From a virus (taxonomy: Duplodnaviria > Caudoviricetes), in the IMG/VR virus record IMGVR_UViG_3300005336_000003, positions 237 to 64,236 of that record: a stretch of 64,000 nt of DNA. The stretch is one strand, 5' to 3'. A program made the translations under genes and the position numbers. This document shows, piece after piece, positions 51,336 to 60,569 of the stretch (position 1 is its first letter; each line of letters opens with the position of its first letter). Under the pieces are notes generated by a model, which saw nothing but the letters and a program-made list of their open reading frames with translations, searched no databases and was not told the origin of the DNA.

Positions 51336-53915
51336 ATGAGTCATGCTGTGAGTGGACCTGGTACTCCCCAAAACAGGGTACTAGTGCCGGACGAGATCCT
51401 GAACGACCTGAAGAAGTCCGGACTAGTACCTTCCGACATGAAGATCCGCCAGTTAGGGCCTCAGGAGAGGGCTACCACTGGATGCGGCGTAGCTACTCGA
51501 GGGTATGTAATCCCGTACTTCGAGATGGACGGGCTGATGCTTCCCTTCTATCGGGTCAAGGTATTGAACCCGGACGAGGAAGTAGGAGCGAAGTACAAGC
51601 AGCCCAGATCAACTCCCAACCATATCTACTTCCCACCAGACCTCGAAGATGTGCTGCATACGTGGTGCAAGAAGCACCCATCAACCAAGCTCATCGTTAT
51701 TACCGAGGGTGAGAAGAAGGCTGCCTGTGCAGTCAAGATGGGTATACCCTGCATAGCTTTGGGAGGTGTCGACAGCTGGAGATCCAAGACTATCATCCTA
51801 CCCAAGGAATCGGAGCTCACAGCTACCAAGAAGTCCATCAGAGCAAAGCTGCCTTCGACCGATGTGACCATTCCTGAGATGCAGATGCTTGCACAGGGAT
51901 TTGGATCCTTGATCGACAAGGTCCTACAGCACGGGCTCACGCCGATCATCATCTACGACTCTGACCGGAATGGAACTCTGAAGTCGGAGGTACAGCGAGC
52001 GGCAACCATGCTTGCGTATGAGTTCAGGTACCTAGGCATCAAGACTAGCCAGGTCAAGCAAGTAATCCTCCCTGACATATACACCCTCCGAGATCAGCCT
52101 GACGGAGACCCGAGCAACTATCCCAAGACAGGTCTCGACGACTTCCTGATGGCCCGAGGAGCTGCTCCGCTCATCGACATGCTGATAAAGGCGCACGGGG
52201 ATCCCGAAGCATTCCCTATGCATCCGAATCCTCGAGGCTTCCTGAACGTACACTTGAATGGGCTTCAGGACCGAAGAAGCCTATTGCAGATCTCCAGTGT
52301 GGTACTGAGCGAGCTGGATGCCGCAGGTATCAGGTTCCGAGAGAAGCACAGCGGCAAGCCCTACTACTTTGACCGATCAAGTCACAAGCTCATGCCTGCT
52401 CAGATCGTCAATCGTGGCGGCGAGGTAATGCATGAGACTCCCTTTGGTACGTTACTGTACCAGAAGTTCGGCTTGACTGCGGTGGACAATAAGGTCCTGC
52501 TATTCCTTGCTAGCCAGTTCACGGGTGAGGAGCCTATCAAGGAGGTAACTCCCAGACGTATCCGAACGTTGATCACGGAGAAGGAGGATCCGACAAACCC
52601 GTTTGGCTTAGCTCTGCAGATAAGTGACTCGCAGTTCCTTGCAATCTCTCCCGATCCAAAGAAACCAGTGGAGCTGTGTACCAACGGGACGAAGAGCATC
52701 CTATTTGAGCAGGATCATGTCGAACCCCTCGACGTTGACTATATGTTCGACCTGTTTGACCAGTATCGTACAGAGGCTCCTACCTTAACTCCCTGGTGGA
52801 GAGAGGTCCTTGAGGACACGAATCTGGGGAAGACCTTCCCTGACGTAGAGGGCGGTATAACTACCGTTACGGAAGAGGGAAGGAGGATGCGAGACTATGC
52901 AACCCTCCTATTCTACATCTCTCCGTTCCTGAACCGATGGAAGGGAGCTCAGATGCCAGTCGAGCTCATGATCGGCGAAGCGGGTAGTGGCAAGTCGTCC
53001 ATCTTCAACATGCGTCTACAGGTTATGACAGGGCGGCCTCATCTGAGGAACATCCCGAGTGACCTGAAGGACTGGAACGCCTCCGTCACAAACAGTGGCG
53101 GGCTCCTCGTCTTCGACAACGTCCACTTCACCAAGAGGGACCTTAAGCAGCAGATCAGTGACGAGGTCTGCCGGCTCATCACAGAGCCTGTTCCTCACGT
53201 CGAGCTGCGTAAGTACTTCACCACCAACGAGCTCGTACGGATCCCTGTTGACGTCTCGTTTGCCTTTACTGCTATCAACCAACCGTTCCAGAATGCCGAC
53301 CTCTTCCAGAGAGCCGCCATCTTCCACTTCATCAAGCTTGGGCAAGCTCCGGACGGAGACTGGGTGCTCAAGAAGATCGAGGAGAAGGGTGGCCGTGAGG
53401 CGTGGGTAGCTCATCACCTGGTCTTCCTCCACAGGTTCCTCAGGATCGCAGCACACGAGGGGCCGGGAGGATGGAATCCCGAATACAAGTCCTCCCATCG
53501 CCTGTCGCACTTTGAGCAATGCCTAGAGATCGCAGGCCGCATCCTAGGCATTAAGGCTGAATGGGCTGGAGAGGTAATCCAGAAGACTCAGGATCGGACC
53601 CTCACAGAGGCTGACTGGACGTTTGAGGCTATTACCTGCTTTGTCACGGAGATGCTCGAGAGCAATCCAGGCATCAGGTTCATGGCAAGAGACGTCTACG
53701 AGTGGGGATTAGGCCAGACGGACTTCTGCGAGAACCCTATCATGAGCAATGTGCGCAAGCTCGGGAGGTATATGGCAAACCATAACCACCAACTCATGCA
53801 GAGTCTGGGAATCATTCCAGCAGGCATAGCAGGTAATGCCATGAAGTACCGGCTGGTAATCAGTGACAAGACTAAGGAGCGTTACGGAGTTAAGATCGAT
53901 GACAAACCGGCCTGA
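51336..53915 (+). CDS. Primase-helicase (DUF3854-type TOPRIM plus P-loop NTPase)
   Basis: KY.QP, ITEGEKKA, LGGV.SW, YDSD, K.GLDDFL; Walker A GEAGSGKS; FDNV. Confidence 0.88.
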   Translation: MSHAVSGPGTPQNRVLVPDEILNDLKKSGLVPSDMKIRQLGPQERATTGCGVATRGYVIPYFEMDGLMLPFYRVKVLNPDEEVGAKYKQPRSTPNHIYFPPDLEDVLHTWCKKHPSTKLIVITEGEKKAACAVKMGIPCIALGGVDSWRSKTIILPKESELTATKKSIRAKLPSTDVTIPEMQMLAQGFGSLIDKVLQHGLTPIIIYDSDRNGTLKSEVQRAATMLAYEFRYLGIKTSQVKQVILPDIYTLRDQPDGDPSNYPKTGLDDFLMARGAAPLIDMLIKAHGDPEAFPMHPNPRGFLNVHLNGLQDRRSLLQISSVVLSELDAAGIRFREKHSGKPYYFDRSSHKLMPAQIVNRGGEVMHETPFGTLLYQKFGLTAVDNKVLLFLASQFTGEEPIKEVTPRRIRTLITEKEDPTNPFGLALQISDSQFLAISPDPKKPVELCTNGTKSILFEQDHVEPLDVDYMFDLFDQYRTEAPTLTPWWREVLEDTNLGKTFPDVEGGITTVTEEGRRMRDYATLLFYISPFLNRWKGAQMPVELMIGEAGSGKSSIFNMRLQVMTGRPHLRNIPSDLKDWNASVTNSGGLLVFDNVHFTKRDLKQQISDEVCRLITEPVPHVELRKYFTTNELVRIPVDVSFAFTAINQPFQNADLFQRAAIFHFIKLGQAPDGDWVLKKIEEKGGREAWVAHHLVFLHRFLRIAAHEGPGGWNPEYKSSHRLSHFEQCLEIAGRILGIKAEWAGEVIQKTQDRTLTEADWTFEAITCFVTEMLESNPGIRFMARDVYEWGLGQTDFCENPIMSNVRKLGRYMANHNHQLMQSLGIIPAGIAGNAMKYRLVISDKTKERYGVKIDDKPA

Positions 53916-54147
53916 CCAGGCAGAGGAAGAGGAAGAGGACATCGAAGTCCTTGCGCAGAGGCACTCCGATGCCACTAGGCTCTCCATGTGGCTGATTACC
54001 GGCCCGAGCGGGGTACAAAAGTACACGATCTTCAACCCAGTTACTCGGGAGGCGCAGACTTTGAAGGCTGCAGGCTTCACCTACGGCAAGAGGATCGACC
54101 CTAATCTCAAAAAAGAGAATGATGGTCGCCCTCAAGAAACCACTTGA
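53899..54147 (+). CDS. Hypothetical protein
   Basis: ATG at 53899 overlaps the primase end; the 3' end overlaps a promoter box. Confidence 0.4.
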   Translation: MTNRPDQAEEEEEDIEVLAQRHSDATRLSMWLITGPSGVQKYTIFNPVTREAQTLKAAGFTYGKRIDPNLKKENDGRPQETT

Positions 54148-54173
54148 TTACCCCTATGGGATTACGCTATAAT
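54120..54173 (+). promoter_or_regulatory. Boxed promoter 6
   Basis: TGATGGTCGCCCTCAA, 8 nt, TTGATT, 18 nt, TATAAT. Confidence 0.85.
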
Positions 54174-54259
54174 AGGGGTGTTGAATAAGAGAGGGTAGCT
54201 ACGCCTGCGGCCGCAGACCCTCCGCGGCCTTACGAAACACACAGGAGTCGAAACACGCC

Positions 54260-54706
54260 ATGAGTAAGCACAAGAACCAGGAGAGTGGCGCCGTGACCGA
54301 ACATCAGACCGGATCCGAAATGCAGCAGGAAGACACGGGTGCCCAGGCGCAGACGGGCGCGGTCACGGAGGAAGGCGCGGTCACCGAGCAGGCAGCCACG
54401 GCAGCCACGGAAGCCTCGGCCAGCGGCAAGGACGGCAGCAAGGTCCTGCTGAAGGATGGCACGCCGCGGATCGACTTCATCCGCAAGCGTTGGGCGGAGA
54501 AGGCCAGCCGGGCGCAGATCACCAAGGAGATCAACGAGCGGCGCATCGATGGCTCGCCGGTGGTTCCCTACCAGATCGTGTTCTCTGCGACCAAGGGCAA
54601 GCCAGGTGGCCCGGATGCTCCGGCGGCAGCCGAGCAGGCAGAAGCCGCTGCGGCAGGGGCACCGACAGGCGCTGGTGCAGGCGAAGGCGAGGCTGCTGCG
54701 GCGTAA
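54260..54706 (+). CDS. Probable HTH DNA-binding protein with disordered acidic/Ala-rich tails
   Basis: R.DFIR......SR.QI.KEI....VPYQIVF resembles the 39642/40522 HTH core; strong codon bias. Confidence 0.55.
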   Translation: MSKHKNQESGAVTEHQTGSEMQQEDTGAQAQTGAVTEEGAVTEQAATAATEASASGKDGSKVLLKDGTPRIDFIRKRWAEKASRAQITKEINERRIDGSPVVPYQIVFSATKGKPGGPDAPAAAEQAEAAAAGAPTGAGAGEGEAAAA

Positions 54707-54731
54707 TTGCCGCTTCGGCTAATCCTCGACT

Positions 54732-54768
54732 TGAGTTCCCGAGCTGCTTAACGGCGGCTCGGGATTCT
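54732..54768 (+). terminator. Stem-loop after gene 54260-54706
   Basis: TCCCGAGCTGC/GCGGCTCGGGA stem. Confidence 0.5.
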
Positions 54769-54799
54769 CCCAACCAGACCTTCGAACGGCAGATCACCT

Positions 54800-55345
54800 G
54801 TGATACCTGCCTTTGATGCCCTCTACAAGACGAGAGTGGACCGCCTTAGCATCAGGGCTGCTCCTAACTGCTTGCTTTGCTTTGACCCTGGAGAGACCAC
54901 AGGGGTAGCGATCTTTCACGGACCGAAGCTGTTTGCAAGCGGCCAACCAAACACCTCCAGCGTTGATACAGCCCTGAAGGAGCTGTCTGAGCTCTTCGCC
55001 AAGTTCCAGCCTAACGAGGTAGTCCTAGAGGACTATCGAGTATACGGCAATAGAGCCGAACAGCATATCGGATCGAGTCTCTCAACCCCACGACTAATCG
55101 GGATGATCGAGACTCTCTGCCTCCAAGGCAAGATTCCCTTTCACAAGCAGCCCGCTCAGACTCCCAAGCAGTTTGTCACCGATGACAAGCTCCGAGCCTG
55201 GGGGTTCTACAAGACAGGGCATAGACATGCCCGTGATGCTATCAGGCATGGTTGCTATTACATCCTTTTCCCGCCGAAGGCCCTAACCAGCCAGCAGATC
55301 CTGAGAGGTGTGCGCTCGAAGACTGCTGGCCAACATGTAGGATAA
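54800..55345 (+). CDS. RuvC-like Holliday junction resolvase
   Basis: FDPGETTGVA, VVLEDY and HARDAIRH motifs. Confidence 0.85.
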   Translation: MIPAFDALYKTRVDRLSIRAAPNCLLCFDPGETTGVAIFHGPKLFASGQPNTSSVDTALKELSELFAKFQPNEVVLEDYRVYGNRAEQHIGSSLSTPRLIGMIETLCLQGKIPFHKQPAQTPKQFVTDDKLRAWGFYKTGHRHARDAIRHGCYYILFPPKALTSQQILRGVRSKTAGQHVG

Positions 55346-55349
55346 CGTC

Positions 55350-55949
55350 ATGCGCAAACTGCACGGAACGTTCATCGGATTCTGCGGAGCCGGAGGGGTC
55401 GGCAAGACATCTACAGCTCTCAGCCTTTGCGAGAAGCTGGCGGACTACGAATTCCTCCCGAGCGTCTCGCGAGCAGTCTTTGCCCGGAGGGGAGTCGAGT
55501 CTGAGGAGGCCCAGCTCAATATGACCCCTCAGGAACGTTGGGAGCTACAGCGAGACATCCAGATGTCTCACCTGAACGAGTCACTCAAGCTCTCCGGGCA
55601 AAAGAGGATCGCCGACCGCACACAGATGGATCAGTTTGCCTACGCTCTCCAGTACTGCCACGAAGTCCTAACAGCTCGAGACTTGGCAGACCTGATGGAC
55701 TTTGTGGATGCCGCCATATCGCAGTACCGACTCGTCTTCTACTTCCCCCTGACGACTTTCCCCGGTCAGACGGACGGGATGCGCACCAGCTCCTTTGGAT
55801 CCCGAATGCTATTCGATCGCACCCTGAGGGGGATTATCGAGATGTTCCAGGTACCCACTATTGAGGTGCCGATCATGAACATTGGCTCTCGGTGTACGTT
55901 CATCATCGAGAACATGAGCGCTCGAGGGCTGCCATATAACAGGGCGTAA
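55350..55949 (+). CDS. P-loop nucleotide kinase-like ATPase (AAA_28)
   Basis: GAGGVGKTS, Q..IQ, DRT.MD..AY, Y.LVFYFP and DG.R motifs. Confidence 0.8.
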   Translation: MRKLHGTFIGFCGAGGVGKTSTALSLCEKLADYEFLPSVSRAVFARRGVESEEAQLNMTPQERWELQRDIQMSHLNESLKLSGQKRIADRTQMDQFAYALQYCHEVLTARDLADLMDFVDAAISQYRLVFYFPLTTFPGQTDGMRTSSFGSRMLFDRTLRGIIEMFQVPTIEVPIMNIGSRCTFIIENMSARGLPYNRA

Positions 55950-55956
55950 ATTTTTC

Positions 55957-56010
55957 TTGCGGTCGCCCTCAATTTTGACCCTTGAGGTCAATTAAGGATT
56001 GTTGTATAAT
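55957..56010 (+). promoter_or_regulatory. Boxed promoter 7
   Basis: TTGCGGTCGCCCTCAA, 9 nt, TTGAGG, 17 nt, TATAAT. Confidence 0.85.
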
Positions 56011-56060
56011 AGCATAGATTAATACCAGCGCCGTAGCAAGAGCAGGAGGCGTGTACTCAC

Positions 56061-56306
56061 ATGAGCAAGAGCAAGAGCGCTGAGTCAAGCAGCTCTACGT
56101 CCAATGATTATCTCCGATGCAGGTACTGTGACTTCAAGGTCGGCAAGTACCGAAGGCTTGCTAGCGGCCGAACCGTAAGCGGGTTCGGCCAGCTAGAGAA
56201 CCACATCGAGGACTTTCACCTCGACGAAGCAATGCGCCTTCAGGAACAGCTGGAGGAGCATGATGCATCTATCGATGAGGAGCTCAAGCGGGCGAAGGAG
56301 AGATAG
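56061..56306 (+). CDS. C2H2-like zinc-finger protein
   Basis: CRYC...L..H....H; AGGAGG RBS. Confidence 0.6.
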   Translation: MSKSKSAESSSSTSNDYLRCRYCDFKVGKYRRLASGRTVSGFGQLENHIEDFHLDEAMRLQEQLEEHDASIDEELKRAKER

Positions 56307-56308
56307 GC

Positions 56309-56671
56309 ATGAGTGTGAGTGAGCATCCTGGTAAGATAGAAGAGAGACCCCTTCTCGACGGTGATTACCTCCTATTCCTATGGGAGAACTTGCCGAGATA
56401 CGAGTGGGATAAGGCACTGCAATACTGGCCTAAGCTGGGCCACAAGATCATCGTCAAGATCCAGATGCCCATTGTGGGAAATACGGCACTGCTGTACAAC
56501 GAGGACAGCAGCTTCATGCTGGAGCTCTCCATGCGCCAGGGGAGATATCTGATGAGGGATCGACTCAAGGCCTACTTCTGGGCTACCTATACTGTGGATG
56601 CTGCCTCCAAGGAGCCTCAAGGAAAGTACGGCCTGATCATCGGGGAGATGGCGGAGGACCAGCCCTGGTAG
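56309..56671 (+). CDS. Hypothetical protein
   Basis: AAGGAG RBS. Confidence 0.6.
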   Translation: MSVSEHPGKIEERPLLDGDYLLFLWENLPRYEWDKALQYWPKLGHKIIVKIQMPIVGNTALLYNEDSSFMLELSMRQGRYLMRDRLKAYFWATYTVDAASKEPQGKYGLIIGEMAEDQPW

Positions 56672-56886
56672 AAGATCCTGATTGGCCCGAGTGCACCAGA
56701 AGAACGAGTGATAGATGCGAAGGGGATGTAAATCCTGTACGATGGTACCTAGGCTATCACTGGTGCTTAGCTTGTGCTGACGGGCCAAAGACGTACGTAT
56801 CCGTACAGATGCACAAGTCAAACGCAGTGCTTGTAACTAGCCGTGAGGAATTGAAGTATGTCGGAGTCAAGACCCCCCGAGAGTAG
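56665..56886 (+). CDS. CTG-initiated C4 zinc-finger protein (TraR/DksA-like), absent from the ORF track
   Basis: GGAGGA-6nt-CTG; translation MVEDPDWPECTRRTSDRCEGDVNPVRWYLGYHWCLACADGPKTYVSVQMHKSNAVLVTSREELKYVGVKTPRE. Confidence 0.7.
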   Translation: MVEDPDWPECTRRTSDRCEGDVNPVRWYLGYHWCLACADGPKTYVSVQMHKSNAVLVTSREELKYVGVKTPRE

Positions 56887-57352
56887 CCCGCGCGAATATC
56901 TCACCTGGGGTTACATCTCATCCCTGTGCGAGATCATCTGCGTCAAGATGTCGAGGATCCCGTTCAAGCCTATAGGTATTATTGCAGTGTCTCGTGGAGG
57001 GCTTGTACCTGCTGCGATCATTGCCAACAAACTCGGGATCAGAGACGTCCATGTATTGGCAATCCAATCGTACGAGGATATCGTCAGCAAGATCATCCTC
57101 GACAAGGTACCTAAAGCCCAGCCACTGTATCCCCTGTTTGTCCCTGATATCCCCTACAAGGGTCACCTATTCTTGGTGGTGGACGACATCTGCGATTCCG
57201 GTGCTACGCAGGCATTCATCCGCGAGACTTGGCCCATAGCCATGAGGGCATGTTTGGTCGTAAAGACTCCCCCAAGACTTGCAGGTACTCCCCACATAGC
57301 GGGAGCTTACCGGCCGCAGGGACAGTGGATAGTCTTCCCGTGGGAGGAGTAA
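56858..57352 (+). CDS. Type I phosphoribosyltransferase (Gpt/Xpt-like)
   Basis: IIAVSRGGLVPA, PRPP-binding motif LVVDDICDSGAT, WIVFPWE. Confidence 0.92.
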   Translation: MSESRPPESSPREYLTWGYISSLCEIICVKMSRIPFKPIGIIAVSRGGLVPAAIIANKLGIRDVHVLAIQSYEDIVSKIILDKVPKAQPLYPLFVPDIPYKGHLFLVVDDICDSGATQAFIRETWPIAMRACLVVKTPPRLAGTPHIAGAYRPQGQWIVFPWEE

Positions 57353-57660
57353 AACCCTTCAAGCCTAGAAAGCCTGGAGGAGGCAGGAAACCTGCTACGG
57401 AGTGCTCGGAATGCAGAGTAGCTCTGAGCCGCCGAGGATCTAGGAACGGAGCGAGATGTCCCGCATGCCTAGCAAAGGCAGCCAAAGCCTACCGGAAGAA
57501 GAACAAGGAGAAGATCCGAGCCTACGGGAAAGCCCGAAGAACGGATCCGGATTACATAGCCTATCAACGTGCTTACCAGAAGGAATACGTGAAGCTCTAT
57601 GGTAGCAACCCCAAAGACAAGAACAAAGAGGCACGGAAGGAAGCCCGGGAAAGCCCGTAA
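57340..57660 (+). CDS. Basic Zn-finger protein (resembles HNH N-terminal regions)
   Basis: CSEC...CPAC followed by a YRKKNKEKI basic helix; start uncertain. Confidence 0.45.
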   Translation: MGGVKPFKPRKPGGGRKPATECSECRVALSRRGSRNGARCPACLAKAAKAYRKKNKEKIRAYGKARRTDPDYIAYQRAYQKEYVKLYGSNPKDKNKEARKEARESP

Positions 57661-58201
57661 AGGGTCCAAGGCCGACCTGAGAGCCCGAACCTACCAGTCT
57701 TGGAATAACATGCTGCAGAGGTGTTACAACCCCAAGCATGTTAGCTACCAGGAATATGGCGGCAGAGGGATCGAAGTCTGTGTCCGCTGGAGACCCAAGC
57801 TCGCTTCGAACGGCGTTGGGGATACGGAGATAGGCGAGACAGAGGTTCCCGAGGTCATACGTTTTGAGAGGGCGATAGCCTTTGCCTGCTTTGTGGCTGA
57901 CGTTGGAGTCAAACCCAGCTGGCGACACACCCTCGATCGCAGTGATGCAAACGGGCACTACGAGCCTACGAACTGTAAGTGGGCTACGCCTAAGGAGCAG
58001 GGAGTCAACAAGCGGAGTACCCATTTCGTCCTGCATCCGAAGACCGGCCAAAGAATTGCTGCCGCTACCTTAGCGGACGAGTTGAAGATCTCATACCAGC
58101 AGTTGCGTGCCCGAATGATGAAGGCTGGTACGTGGTATGCTCTGAGAGACAAAGCAATAGACGTAACCGTCATACTCAAGCCTGGTGGGGAACCTCTATG
58201 A
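57599..58201 (+). CDS. HNH homing-endonuclease-like protein
   Basis: Y.SW.NM.QRC.NP....Y..YGGRGI.VC.RW...F..DVG.KP...TLDR.D.NG.YEP.NC.WAT..EQ..N. Confidence 0.88.
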   Translation: MVATPKTRTKRHGRKPGKARKGSKADLRARTYQSWNNMLQRCYNPKHVSYQEYGGRGIEVCVRWRPKLASNGVGDTEIGETEVPEVIRFERAIAFACFVADVGVKPSWRHTLDRSDANGHYEPTNCKWATPKEQGVNKRSTHFVLHPKTGQRIAAATLADELKISYQQLRARMMKAGTWYALRDKAIDVTVILKPGGEPL

Positions 58202-59142
58202 CTGTACCATTCCGCCCAATGCTGGCATTCGACGCTCAGCTGCCCTACTACGAGAAGCTCCTGAACGAAGGCCCTCTCTGGGTAAGCTACAAGTTGGATG
58301 GCATTCGCTGCATCGTCCGTGAGGGCAAGTTGGTGTCCCGGACTCTAAAGCCCATACCCAATCAATTTGTGCAGCAGAAGTTCAGTCGGGAGTGGGCTGA
58401 AGGCTTCGACGGAGAGCTGATCGTGGGAGATCCTTCTGGAGAGGGAGTGTTTGCTCGAACCTCCTCTGGAGTGATGTCCCACGCAGGGACGCCCAATGTG
58501 GTCTTCCACGTGTTTGACGTTGCTGCCCAGCATAATGATCCCTACTTTAAGCGATTCCTATTCCTGCAGAACGTGATGGGATCCGTTGCTACTCTGGAGA
58601 AGGATCTGGGAGTGTGCTTCCAGGTCAATCTTGTTGAACAGGTTGTAGTGGGCAGCATTGCGGAGCTGGAGGCCTTCGAGGAGAAGGCTGTGGAACTGGG
58701 CTACGAGGGGGTGATAGTCCGTAAGCCAGGAGCTCCCTACAAGCAAGGACGTGCTACTCCTCGTGAAGGCTACATGGGGAAGCTCAAGCGGTTCGTAGAC
58801 CGTGAGGCTGAGATCATTGGGTTTGAGGAGATGATGCATAATGGCAACCCTGCAACAACCGACTCTCGAGGCTTCACTACTCGAAGCAGTCACAAGAGTG
58901 GTCAGAGAGCATCAGGGATGCTTGGAACAATTCTGGTTCGAGATACAGCTGGGCCCAGATGGGAGTTTGGAATTGGAAGCGGGTTTGACCATACGACAAG
59001 AAGGACAATCTGGGCCCGAAAAGAAGCCTACCTAGGGAAGATTGTCAAGTACAAGTACCTCCCTGTGGGAATGAAGGATGTCCCGAGGCACCCTGTATTC
59101 CTCGGCTTCCGAGATCCCATCGATATGGGATCCCCTGCATGA
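58198..59142 (+). CDS. ATP-dependent DNA ligase
   Basis: PMLA, KLDGIR, DGEL, FHVFD, GYEGVIVR, KLKRF and PRHPVF.GFRD motifs. Confidence 0.95.
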   Translation: MTVPFRPMLAFDAQLPYYEKLLNEGPLWVSYKLDGIRCIVREGKLVSRTLKPIPNQFVQQKFSREWAEGFDGELIVGDPSGEGVFARTSSGVMSHAGTPNVVFHVFDVAAQHNDPYFKRFLFLQNVMGSVATLEKDLGVCFQVNLVEQVVVGSIAELEAFEEKAVELGYEGVIVRKPGAPYKQGRATPREGYMGKLKRFVDREAEIIGFEEMMHNGNPATTDSRGFTTRSSHKSGQRASGMLGTILVRDTAGPRWEFGIGSGFDHTTRRTIWARKEAYLGKIVKYKYLPVGMKDVPRHPVFLGFRDPIDMGSPA

Positions 59143-59303
59143 AGGACTCTACCCGACTATTCATCCTCTGGATGATCTGGATATTCCTATTGCTCGTCCA
59201 GTTTGACGTGGCGAGCATCAAGAACAGTGCCAGAGCCACTGAGAAGTATACCTGCCTACGGCTCAAGGAACTACCAAGCTATGGGGAGTTAGTCTGCAAA
59301 TGA
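59139..59303 (+). CDS. Small membrane protein (54 aa)
   Basis: ATGA overlaps at both ends; LFILWMIWIFLLLV TM segment. Confidence 0.5.
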   Translation: MKDSTRLFILWMIWIFLLLVQFDVASIKNSARATEKYTCLRLKELPSYGELVCK

Positions 59304-59617
59304 ACGACAACGAACCGCGTCGGCGGGGCAGATCCTACACAACCCCATTCAAGGCGAGGTTCCCTGCTGCTTGGGCCATGTTAGGCAACGGTGTCAATAT
59401 GGCAAACATCCCTGTCAAAGATAGGTACAACTACAAGGATGGGGTCTATCAGCCTAGCTATGCCAACTTCCCTCCTCAGGTAGTCGAGCGACTCGCAGAC
59501 GTTTGCCTCCACCTGATGGACTGCTACGAAGAGGGAGGCTCGCATCACGATCGCAAGGATGCACTCGAGCACTACATCCGTGCGCAGGCGGCAGCTATCT
59601 CCTGGCTCAGTAGGTAG
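59300..59617 (+). CDS. Hypothetical protein
   Basis: ATGA coupling. Confidence 0.55.
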   Translation: MNDNEPRRRGRSYTTPFKARFPAAWAMLGNGVNMANIPVKDRYNYKDGVYQPSYANFPPQVVERLADVCLHLMDCYEEGGSHHDRKDALEHYIRAQAAAISWLSR

Positions 59618-59624
59618 GATAGGA

Positions 59625-59828
59625 ATGAGACTAAAGGATAAGATCTTGGCAGTACTTTACGGTAGCACTAGCTGGAGCTCGGAGTCATACCCAGAGCTCG
59701 CTAGGCGTATTGCCGAGGAGGTATCGACGCACCCTGCTGTAGGGTTTAAAGGCACCTTTCGTAAGGAGAGGTTGAACAGGACTCAAGCAGATCCCAATCA
59801 CAGGCAATCGGAAGGACACAAAACATGA
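59625..59828 (+). CDS. Hypothetical protein
   Basis: AGGA RBS; fills the gap. Confidence 0.45.
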   Translation: MRLKDKILAVLYGSTSWSSESYPELARRIAEEVSTHPAVGFKGTFRKERLNRTQADPNHRQSEGHKT

Positions 59829-60532
59829 AGGCGTTCCTCATTGACTCTGCTGCACGGAAGATTACCGAGGTGGAGTACGAGTTGGGTGATGTCTCCAGGC
59901 TCATTGGCGGCGATGGGATCTGCTTGGGCTTCAGGTTCCGTAACGGAGACCTTCTCTACGTCGACGACAAGGGACTGCTGAAGCCTCAGGAGCACTTCTT
60001 CTGGATCTCAGATCGTACCGATCAGCCCTTAGCGGGTAATGGCCTTGTGGCAGGGCCTGACAGGCTCGATGAAACCCTCGACGTTCAGATGAGCTACGAT
60101 ACCTTGAAAGCCAAGGTGACGTTCATCGATCGAGAGGGAGTAGATATGTGGACCGAAGGCTTGCCTCTGAATATCCCCGGTACGACCCTCAACGGCCGAC
60201 TGATTACCACCCTCAAGGAGACTTTCCAGAGCATCCCTCGTCCTGATGGTTATGTCTCCCCTGTGATTCAGATGGTGCCTGTAGCAGATAAGCCCTGGCT
60301 TGACTACCTGGAGAAGCATAAGGTCGACATCACAGCCGCAATCCGGAAGTTCGCTCCCAGCATTGCCTCTAGCGGCCTGTGGGAGAAGGCTCTGGAGGAG
60401 AAGAATATTTCTGCTCTCATCCGCCTCATGCAGATCGCCCGGCAATCCATCTATGCAAAGCATGACTTCCCCGAACTCTGCGCCCTCCTCGATGGTACTG
60501 TCGGCAACATAACAATAAAGCCCCGGAAGTAA
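59825..60532 (+). CDS. DUF3846-like hypothetical protein
   Basis: A.LID.....TEVE, LYVDD.GLL and PLAGNGL..G.D motifs. Confidence 0.65.
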   Translation: MKAFLIDSAARKITEVEYELGDVSRLIGGDGICLGFRFRNGDLLYVDDKGLLKPQEHFFWISDRTDQPLAGNGLVAGPDRLDETLDVQMSYDTLKAKVTFIDREGVDMWTEGLPLNIPGTTLNGRLITTLKETFQSIPRPDGYVSPVIQMVPVADKPWLDYLEKHKVDITAAIRKFAPSIASSGLWEKALEEKNISALIRLMQIARQSIYAKHDFPELCALLDGTVGNITIKPRK

Positions 60533-60536
60533 CTAG

Positions 60537-60560
60537 CCTGAACCTGAACCTGAACCTGAA
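60537..60560 (+). repeat. (CCTGAA)x4 tandem repeat
   Basis: Seen directly upstream of the RBS of 60570. Confidence 0.8.
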
Positions 60561-60569
60561 GGAACTCTT

